Positions 27,497 through 34,217 of a stretch of 34,217 bases of DNA are shown piece after piece (the first letter of the stretch is position 1; the number at the start of each line of letters is the position of its first letter). A model generated the notes under the pieces. It was not told the origin of the DNA and did not search any database. It saw nothing but the letters and a program-made list of their open reading frames with translations. Source of the DNA: a virus (lineage: Duplodnaviria > Caudoviricetes); the IMG/VR virus record IMGVR_UViG_3300020045_014690, positions 1-34,217 of that record. The stretch is one strand, 5' to 3'. Position numbers and translations under genes: made by a program.

Positions 27497-30397
27497 TCAC
27501 CGTCCCGCCGGTTTCTTAAAAACGTAACACTTAAGCTGTTTGCCATTCTGTTTACATGAGCGCACAGGCTTATAATCAAGGTACTGGCGTTTTCTGCTGG
27601 TCTTTAGCACACGATATAAAGTATCAATATCCAAGCCATTTTTAAGTAACTCATTGTTCTCGTTTAAACTGGGTAAATGCACCGCGATTTCATCGGAAAC
27701 AGACGAGTGATTAATAACGTCATAACGAATACTTTCCTTGTCTCCAAACCCAAAGACTTCTGAGTCTTTTTCGTCAAAGAATGCCCAGAACCGCTCAACA
27801 ATATCGCTATCCTCTTCCAGCAAACGTTGCCGCTCTATTGCCAGACTCAGTACCTCGCTTTCAATCACCTCAATGTCATCCTGAGTAATCGCAGGAATCA
27901 GCATTGGCAGGCAGTACGCCATTGCCAAAATCTTGGCGTGAACCTCTCTGATGCGAGGATGTTTGATTTTTATCGTCAATTCCATGCCTTTTTCAACCAG
28001 CCAAATATCTTTTTCCAGCTCACGCATGGCTTTTGGTAACTGCTTGTCAAACTCAGCCATCACCGCATCGGCTTTGGTCAAAACACTGACTAAAAACCCG
28101 CTGCACTCTTCGACAGAGCGGTTATAAAGCCGCTTGGCGGCCTTTTCCCCTTCTCCTCCGTAGTTTTTACGGTTCCGGTTCAGGCGCATTTGCACAAACC
28201 GTGTAATCATTGCCTCAGACAGTCCTTGTAAATCGGGGTTTTGGGTAATAATCAAACCACCTTTAAACACCGGCAACTTGATGTTGTTATCGGTATTGTT
28301 TGATTCTGCCCGGCCACCGATCGGCTCTTGGTCATAAAGCTGTTTCGACTGGTTCAAATCGAAAACCGCTTTATGGCTACCGCGTGCCACTTCTTTACTT
28401 TCCTCGTTCTGAACTTCATTCCAGTTCACCGGCAAACCGGAAAAGCTCAACATCCAGCGCCGGTAAGAGGCGGCACTGGTACGCGGTGGACAGGGATTGA
28501 ATGCCATCACATCGCCATCGCAGCCGGTTAATTTCCACAGAAAGTTGGTTAAATAGGATTTACCGGAACCCGACTCACCAACGATAGCCAGATACGCTAC
28601 GCCTTTATATTTGCGGTTGATTTGCTGGATAAAGAAGGTCGAAACCCACCAAGCCAACGCCGTCATCCCTTTGGCACCAAACGCGGCTTTAAAGTCTAAA
28701 AACCAGTCATCTTTTATCGCCGTTGATATTTTGAAACTGCGGCTCAACGTCGTTTTTATCGAGTGTCGGCCAATCTGAAAATAATCATCCTTGTTTAGCG
28801 TGATGACCTTGCCTTTATGGATCGCTATTTTGTCGAAGATGTAAGCATTCAGCGGCTCGTGATAGCCGACATAATCAATGGATTTGACTTGCGGCGGGTT
28901 AAACTTGGTCCAGGTGTTATATAGCCAGTCCATGTCCCGATTTGAACCCATAAAGTTAGCACCAGCTGTTGCCAGTTGGCAGGCTTTCTTAAACGCATCA
29001 GCTTTGGTTAAATCAGTTACGCCAAAAATCTTGGATGGGGCATTGTTGGCTAAATGCAGCTTGAAAACATATTGACCACTATTGCCGTTTTCAGGCTGCA
29101 TGAAATACAGAAACTCGATTTCATAAGTCGATGACCACTTGATTTCAGCCACACCCATAAACGCATTGAAGTGTTGCTCATCATCAACATCAATCAGGTT
29201 GGTATTTTCAAACCCATCCTCTTTGCTGCCGCCAAATAGCTCATTGAGCTTTTTATCAAACTTGGATTTTTCAATTTCCACGGAATAGCCGTTTCTGGCA
29301 TAGCCAAAACAAAAGTATCCCGGCGGATTTAAACTATTTCTGGCGTTATTCACCCGACTAGCCCACATTAAAAAAGCCTTTTTCTGGTAGCAGTCTGCCA
29401 ATTCCAAATCACCAAAATAGCGATACCGTGCCATAGACTCGCCGGAAAAAGGCTGGCGTTTTAACAGGCTTTTTAACTCGTCTTTATCATCGGCCGTGGG
29501 CTTGCTTTTAGCTTGAAGCGCTTCAATTCGCTCCAAACTTTGCCAGTCCACGGGTATTTCATGCCATGCACGCTGAATTTTTAATTCTGTGGCAAAAATG
29601 GCCGCTGAGTTTTCTTTTTTCTTCAACAGTTTTTTATGATGTGCCGCCGTTAGCTTTCTGCCTTCTGCATCACTTTCTAAAGCCCAAATCCAGCGAATAT
29701 TTTTTTCCAGGAATGGCTCTAGAGCTTCTTTTGGAAACGATAGGTTTAATAACCCGACTGCTTTAAAACCCTGCACGGCAAACGCTATGGCGTTCAATAT
29801 GCCATTGCATAAATAAACCGTGTCATAAGGTTTGATTTCTTGCCAAGGTGGTTGCCATCCTGCGCCGTCGCGCTTTTTAGCGGCGCTGTTATCGGTGCGG
29901 ATGAGCGTGGTGCCATCTTCGGTTTTTAACTCTACCTGGTCTATCAGGTGTTCCCACCATAAATCGCGATCGGCATTCAGGAAAAAGCGGACTGTGGCTG
30001 TATTGCCTTGGGCGCGGTTAAAATAACTTTGCTCATACCAGCCCTTGATTTTGGCTAATGGAATGCCTTTTTGCACTGCAAAAAAAGCATTGGCGGTGGC
30101 ATGGCTATCGTCGTCCGTTTGTGGAAATTGCAGGCTGAAATTGTCAAAAATATCCGGCAAAAACTCCTTGATAGTGCTTTTATAATGGCAATTATCTTCA
30201 TTGCAGCCGATAAACACTGGTTTATCAGCTTTTGCCCAAAGCGCATTATTGCCGCACTCCGGGCAATGGCCTTTGCTTAAGTAATCACCTTTCAGTTTAA
30301 AGCCATGTTCATTGATAAGCCGCTGGCTGGCATTGGCATAAAATACCGTTGCATAATCTGTGGCGATAATTCCTAAAGCGCGTTCTTCTAAGCTCAC
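27497..30397 (-). CDS. Replication protein: Zn finger + Toprim-like + helicase (primase/helicase family)
   Basis: CPECG...C....C, a Toprim-like segment, Walker A GESGSGKS and a C-terminal KCYVF end. Confidence 0.85.
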   Translation of the reverse strand: MSLEERALGIIATDYATVFYANASQRLINEHGFKLKGDYLSKGHCPECGNNALWAKADKPVFIGCNEDNCHYKSTIKEFLPDIFDNFSLQFPQTDDDSHATANAFFAVQKGIPLAKIKGWYEQSYFNRAQGNTATVRFFLNADRDLWWEHLIDQVELKTEDGTTLIRTDNSAAKKRDGAGWQPPWQEIKPYDTVYLCNGILNAIAFAVQGFKAVGLLNLSFPKEALEPFLEKNIRWIWALESDAEGRKLTAAHHKKLLKKKENSAAIFATELKIQRAWHEIPVDWQSLERIEALQAKSKPTADDKDELKSLLKRQPFSGESMARYRYFGDLELADCYQKKAFLMWASRVNNARNSLNPPGYFCFGYARNGYSVEIEKSKFDKKLNELFGGSKEDGFENTNLIDVDDEQHFNAFMGVAEIKWSSTYEIEFLYFMQPENGNSGQYVFKLHLANNAPSKIFGVTDLTKADAFKKACQLATAGANFMGSNRDMDWLYNTWTKFNPPQVKSIDYVGYHEPLNAYIFDKIAIHKGKVITLNKDDYFQIGRHSIKTTLSRSFKISTAIKDDWFLDFKAAFGAKGMTALAWWVSTFFIQQINRKYKGVAYLAIVGESGSGKSYLTNFLWKLTGCDGDVMAFNPCPPRTSAASYRRWMLSFSGLPVNWNEVQNEESKEVARGSHKAVFDLNQSKQLYDQEPIGGRAESNNTDNNIKLPVFKGGLIITQNPDLQGLSEAMITRFVQMRLNRNRKNYGGEGEKAAKRLYNRSVEECSGFLVSVLTKADAVMAEFDKQLPKAMRELEKDIWLVEKGMELTIKIKHPRIREVHAKILAMAYCLPMLIPAITQDDIEVIESEVLSLAIERQRLLEEDSDIVERFWAFFDEKDSEVFGFGDKESIRYDVINHSSVSDEIAVHLPSLNENNELLKNGLDIDTLYRVLKTSRKRQYLDYKPVRSCKQNGKQLKCYVFKKPAGR

Positions 30398-30891
30398 GAT
30401 GTCATTCCATAAGATTTAGCGGCATTAATTTCATTAATCCGCTCTGTATTGCCGTGAAATACCTGCCCTTGAAAGCCGGTTTTATACTCGGTATGAATAT
30501 TCAGAATAGTTGCCTGCGCTTGTTCTACCCGCGCCAAATCAACCGGATTTAAGGGTTTTCCTTGACTGAGTTCTTGCACTGCCAAAAACAAAATCAGCGA
30601 CTCCTGCACTAACAGCGGGAATAGTTCATAGGTGTTGAATTTTTGGTAATCGGTTTTTTTCGGGTCGTATTTGGTCGGCATTAAATCAGACCATTTCAGC
30701 CCCAGCGCCGCCAAAATTTCACCAGCCTCACAGCCTGCCCAACACTTAATCAGGATTTTGCCATCGGCGGCTTGCGTGACTGCGAAAGACGGTGATTTGT
30801 CCGCATGGGCTGGGCATTTAGCAATCCATTTGCCGTTACCTTTGCTTTTTACGCCGTCCAGGTGGCTAAGGAAGTTTTCCAGGATACTCAT
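30394..30891 (-). CDS. Stand-alone primase-type zinc-binding domain protein
   Basis: WIAKCPAHADKSPS...KCWAGC motif. Confidence 0.8.
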   Translation of the reverse strand: MSILENFLSHLDGVKSKGNGKWIAKCPAHADKSPSFAVTQAADGKILIKCWAGCEAGEILAALGLKWSDLMPTKYDPKKTDYQKFNTYELFPLLVQESLILFLAVQELSQGKPLNPVDLARVEQAQATILNIHTEYKTGFQGQVFHGNTERINEINAAKSYGMTS

Positions 30892-30899
30892 GGCGACAC

Positions 30900-31148
30900 C
30901 TATAAAAAATTAACTTTTGAAACGACACCGCGTTTATTGCGGATTTGTGAGAACGGCATTTCTCTGTTTTTTGCTTCTTTCTTTTTCGCTTCTTTCAGGG
31001 CGGCTTGTTCGTTCAGATAAGCGGCTGTGGTCAGTGAAGCGTCATAGCGGCGCTTTTTTTCAGCCGAACATTTTTCGCGCTGTTTTTTATGAGTAGCACT
31101 GGAAACGTGACAGCCACAGATTGGGCAGTGTTGAATATCGACTATCAT
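30900..31148 (-). CDS. Hypothetical Zn-finger/basic protein
   Basis: CPICG...H...C, Lys/Arg-rich. Confidence 0.6.
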   Translation of the reverse strand: MIVDIQHCPICGCHVSSATHKKQREKCSAEKKRRYDASLTTAAYLNEQAALKEAKKKEAKNREMPFSQIRNKRGVVSKVNFL

Positions 31149-31247
31149 GATTTTTTCCCGTAAGCGTGAACCCGACCGAACAACTGTTTGCGTTTGTATT
31201 GGTAATAGACAGCTGATTTCATGATGATGAACCTTTATGTTAAATCC

Positions 31248-31276
31248 AAAAAATGCGGTGTTATTGCTAACACCGC
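31248..31276 (-). terminator. Intrinsic terminator within the early operon
   Basis: GCGGTGTTA-GCAA-TAACACCGC hairpin followed by ATTTTTT on the minus strand. Confidence 0.7.
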
Positions 31277-31307
31277 CAAGGTTGGCTAGGAGGCCAGAGG
31301 TAAATCG

Positions 31308-31511
31308 TTAAGCGGTTAAAACAGCATTCACATCACAAACTTGCGGGGCATTCCAGCCACACTCATTCAGTGCGGCTAATAAAATCTTTTCAGGCGTTGG
31401 GCTTTTTACAATCAGATCCGCAGCGGCTTTGTCACAGACAATGGTGTGATTTTCGTCGTAGTCAGACTGGTAGTTTTTGGCGGCATATAAATTAAAATAA
31501 ACATCGGTCAT
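31308..31511 (-). CDS. Hypothetical protein
   Basis: MTDVYF... start with an ATGA overlap with the Rha-like gene. Confidence 0.55.
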   Translation of the reverse strand: MTDVYFNLYAAKNYQSDYDENHTIVCDKAAADLIVKSPTPEKILLAALNECGWNAPQVCDVNAVLTA

Positions 31512-32023
31512 GCTGGCTCTCCGGCGGTGGCGGATTGCCATGATTCCCATGCCAGATTGATTTCTTTAGCGTTGCCATAATCAGTGCCATCGCGCATACC
31601 AGTTAAATAAACCGGCTGCATCCCGTGGCATTTTTCCCGTGCAAACCAAGTCTCAAACCTGGTGCGGATTGTTTCAGGGCTTTGTGGTTCAGCCGTGGCG
31701 TTTTCAATCTGCTCCTGTACTGCCGAGAATTCGCTGTAAAAACCGTTCAGGGTTTTGTCAAACGCCCGGCTAAAGCTGGAAGTGACTAGCAGAAAAGCGT
31801 GGTGATTCAGCTCATAAACCCCGCGCGGTGATTCGTAGCGGTCAAACAGACTAGATAATGCGGTGTTTTCCATTTCAAGCGCCGCATCTAGCAGGTTTTC
31901 GATAATGCCCTTGATGTCGTCGTGATAAATGCCAAATGTGGTACTGATGATTAAACTGGTGGTGATGGCTTCACCGTTTTTAATAAAGACGATGGGCTGT
32001 TGTTTTTGTTGTGCTTCGCTCAT
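31508..32023 (-). CDS. Rha-family regulator fused to an unknown C-terminal domain
   Basis: VFIKNGEAITTSLII...F...H..I...IENL motif. Confidence 0.75.
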   Translation of the reverse strand: MSEAQQKQQPIVFIKNGEAITTSLIISTTFGIYHDDIKGIIENLLDAALEMENTALSSLFDRYESPRGVYELNHHAFLLVTSSFSRAFDKTLNGFYSEFSAVQEQIENATAEPQSPETIRTRFETWFAREKCHGMQPVYLTGMRDGTDYGNAKEINLAWESWQSATAGEPA

Positions 32024-32042
32024 GATGGCTTTCCAGTGGGTT

Positions 32043-32591
32043 TTAATTTAATTTTAAAAACAGGTCGCTTTGCTCAAGGTCGGCTTTCACCAATTCCAGC
32101 GCCGGCATTTTTGAGCCGGCCATGTTGTGCAGGGTGTGCAGTTGCTCCAGCAAGGTAGTCAGTTGAAACACATTTTTAGAAATCACGACTTGTAGGGTCA
32201 GGTAATCAATTTGTTTGATGATGTTGAGGTAATCGCGCGGTTTGACGGCACCGAAATAGCCGTGTTTACGAATGGCCGGTAACACTTCGGCACAAACCCA
32301 GTTGGCAAATTCTTCGGCTTTGGGTTTTTGTGAGCGAAATATCAAACGGTAAAGCCCTGCTTCGTTGATGAAAATAGCTTCTTGTTCGCCTCCAGGGGTA
32401 CGGAGATTACGAACCCCTTTCCAGTTTTCAGGCATGTTTTCGAGAGTTTCTAATCCTCTCCAAGCGATGTCTAAAGCAGCACAAACGTCTTTGGCACAAA
32501 ACCAAGCTTCCTGTTTTTCATCGGTAGCTGTTCTGACAGCTTGGGTGGTAAATAAAAATGGATTTGCAATTTCTTTTAATTGGTTTGGCAT
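32043..32591 (-). CDS. BRO-N domain antirepressor-like protein
   Basis: WFCAKDVC, TPGGEQ...INEAGLYRLIFRS.KP.A..F..WV..EVLPAIRK.G. Confidence 0.92.
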   Translation of the reverse strand: MPNQLKEIANPFLFTTQAVRTATDEKQEAWFCAKDVCAALDIAWRGLETLENMPENWKGVRNLRTPGGEQEAIFINEAGLYRLIFRSQKPKAEEFANWVCAEVLPAIRKHGYFGAVKPRDYLNIIKQIDYLTLQVVISKNVFQLTTLLEQLHTLHNMAGSKMPALELVKADLEQSDLFLKLN

Positions 32592-32878
32592 GATGTTTCT
32601 CCAGTGGTGGTTTTGCGATTCGTTCTGATTCGCGGTGGTTTAATATTTGCCATCTTTAAAATGTTGGCCTTGATTTTTTGGGCGGCATCGCCTTGGCTAT
32701 GCCCCAGTACAGCCCGCCGTCCATTACTGTGGTTTACATTCAGTTTCCGGCAGGCCTCAGAAAAACTTTTAATGCCTACCAACGACAAACCAAGAATGAT
32801 TTGGTTCATTAAAATCTGTTCTTTTGCAGACATGGCTAGAATGCGTTTTTTCTTCACTTTTCTATCACTTTTCTTCAT
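32576..32878 (-). CDS. Cro/Ner-like HTH regulator
   Basis: First gene of the early operon, divergent from the repressor; SFSEACRKLNVNHSNGRRAVLG. Confidence 0.7.
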   Translation of the reverse strand: MKKSDRKVKKKRILAMSAKEQILMNQIILGLSLVGIKSFSEACRKLNVNHSNGRRAVLGHSQGDAAQKIKANILKMANIKPPRIRTNRKTTTGETSCQTN

Positions 32879-32929
32879 TTATAAATTCCTTTCTAATTGC
32901 TTGATATGTCTTATTTATCGGTGTATTGT

Positions 32930-32993
32930 TTGACTTAACTTGGTCAATATTTTAGAGAATTAATCCTCAAAAATACAGACATATTCCTCAAAA
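32930..32993. promoter_or_regulatory. Lysis/lysogeny switch region with candidate operators
   Basis: TTGAC-N8-GTCAA palindrome (32930-32947) and a TCCTCAAAA direct repeat (32964, 32985) between the divergent regulators. Confidence 0.5.
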
Positions 32994-33002
32994 GGAGTGG
33001 GC

Positions 33003-33443
33003 ATGAATACAATATCTAAAAGAATCAAAGATTTAAGAGAAGAAAAAAATTTATCTCAGACTAAAATGGCGGCAGAAATTGCCGTTAAGAGGCATCATGT
33101 TGTCGATATTGAAGCCGAAAAACAGCGGCCACCGTATGAAACAATCATCAAATATGCAGAATATTTCGGCGTTAATATGGATTGGCTAATGACTGGAGAG
33201 GGCGAAAAGTACGCAAAAGCGGGCATGGTGAAAGAAACGGCTGCCAGTTATGGGGCGGGGATTTTGGAAAGCATGGCGCAAAAAGAAGCTGATACTAATA
33301 AGAAGCTGGATTTCTTGATTGATATGGTTGCGAATCTGTCGCAGGAAGTGAAGGAGTTGAAAGCCGAAAAAGTAAAGGAAGCTGAGCCGTTGCCAAGAAA
33401 TAATCAGGTTCCGCAGAAAGCGGTATTTCATGCACCGGCGTGA
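33003..33443 (+). CDS. CI-like XRE-family repressor (no S24 peptidase domain; coiled-coil C-terminus)
   Basis: RIKDLREEKNLSQTKMA...DWLMTGEG; AGGAG SD before the ATG at 33003. Confidence 0.88.
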   Translation: MNTISKRIKDLREEKNLSQTKMAAEIAVKRHHVVDIEAEKQRPPYETIIKYAEYFGVNMDWLMTGEGEKYAKAGMVKETAASYGAGILESMAQKEADTNKKLDFLIDMVANLSQEVKELKAEKVKEAEPLPRNNQVPQKAVFHAPA

Positions 33444-33528
33444 GGCGTGATGAAAGGCAATAAAAAACCCGCGCGGCTGGGGAGCAGGCGGGTTTAATAA
33501 ACTTAACAATAACTTTAAGGTAAATCTA

Positions 33529-33696
33529 ATGAGTCAAGATACGTTGGAACGTGTAGCAGCCGATATTTTAATCGCTTTCATCAATTCAGATATTATTCAT
33601 GGTTCTGATAACAATAAAGAAACGGCAGAAGAATTAGCAGAAACTTTTAAAACTATTCACTCAGCGGTTCGGGAATGTTATCTGAAAAAAGAATAG
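33529..33696 (+). CDS. 55-aa acidic helical protein
   Basis: MSQDTLERVAADILIAFINS..., with a TAAGG SD. Confidence 0.6.
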   Translation: MSQDTLERVAADILIAFINSDIIHGSDNNKETAEELAETFKTIHSAVRECYLKKE

Positions 33697-33820
33697 CATG
33701 TGCTTGTTTTAGATTTTGTGCTGTCTGAGCAATATCCTGAGAATGTATGGGGTGCAGATTTTTTAAAATGGCTTCCCATATTCTTTGGGCTGTTTTTTCA
33801 GGTATCTTAGATTCTGGCAT
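33653..33820 (-). CDS. 55-aa helical protein, convergent and overlapping
   Basis: MPESKIPEKTAQRIWEAILKN..., with a GGAG SD 6 nt upstream. Confidence 0.55.
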   Translation of the reverse strand: MPESKIPEKTAQRIWEAILKNLHPIHSQDIAQTAQNLKQAHAILFSDNIPEPLSE

Positions 33821-33936
33821 AGTTATCTCCTATAGAAAAATAAAATTTTACACTAAAAACTATACGGCGATGTAATGGAAATGGAGTTTTAACCAGTGTG
33901 CAATGGTCGGAATAAATTAAGCCAAACTTAAAATAG

Positions 33937-33964
33937 AAAAGCCCCTGCGAATGGGGCTTTTTTT
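33937..33964 (+). terminator. Intrinsic (possibly bidirectional) terminator
   Basis: AAAAGCCCC-TGCGAAT-GGGGCTTTTTTT. Confidence 0.75.
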
Positions 33965-34217
33965 ATGCCTGGTGTTTTGCTACTGGCCAATGTCATGACC
34001 AAGAGTTAATGATTGAAAATAATAACTATTTGATTTTTATATATAACAATTAGTTTTAATTAAAGTTATTGTTAAGTTTATTAAACCCGCCTGCTCCCCA
34101 GCCGCGCGGGTTTTTTATTGCCTTTCATCACGCCCACCGCCGGTGCATGAATTACCGTTTTCTGCGCAACCTGATTCTTTCTTGCCACCGGCTCAGCTTC
34201 CTTTACTTTTTCGGCTT

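Larger units (their letters stand above)
1..34217. mobile_element. Temperate phage (P2-like head, non-contractile tail), partial genome, attP-intact form
   Basis: Continuous phage modules (tail, head, terminase, portal, integrase, replication, repressor) and no host genes. The att core is flanked by phage genes on both sides. Confidence 0.95.
33361..34217. repeat. 158-bp inverted duplication (33361-33518 vs 34060-34217), 9 mismatches
   Basis: Direct alignment without indels; the second copy runs to the window end. Confidence 0.9.

Noticed and set aside
33186-33509. 107-aa ORF antisense to the repressor
   Set aside because: Its composition reflects the reverse complement of an A-rich gene; no supporting signals.
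33361-34217. Diversity-generating retroelement TR/VR pair
   Set aside because: Mismatches are not adenine-specific on either strand, and there is no reverse transcriptase in the window.

Overview
The whole window is a temperate gammaproteobacterial-type phage genome segment, apparently in its excised (attP-intact) form. From left to right it carries a non-contractile (sipho-like) tail module, a P2-like head/packaging module (L, M, N, O, P, Q), ogr, an attP containing the 3' half of tRNA-Arg(CCT), a tyrosine integrase and excisionase, an early operon (YopX, C5 methyltransferase, primase/helicase-like Rep with an iteron origin, Rha, BRO-N, Cro) and a divergent CI-like repressor. Notable points: (1) a C5 methyltransferase split over two nested reading frames; (2) a C4/CI-type antisense RNA cassette controlling an antirepressor inserted in the tail operon; (3) a P2-type capsid protein with an inserted beta-rich domain, plus a head-fibre module; (4) a P2 head paired with a sheath-less tail; (5) a second helically phased repeat array directly behind a membrane-anchored HTH-like protein; (6) a Rep whose Toprim catalytic residues look degenerate; (7) inverted duplications at both contig ends, probably fold-back artefacts, although the right one flanks two convergent 55-aa ORFs. 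No endolysin or reverse transcriptase was seen. All family assignments come from motif recognition by eye, not database searches.
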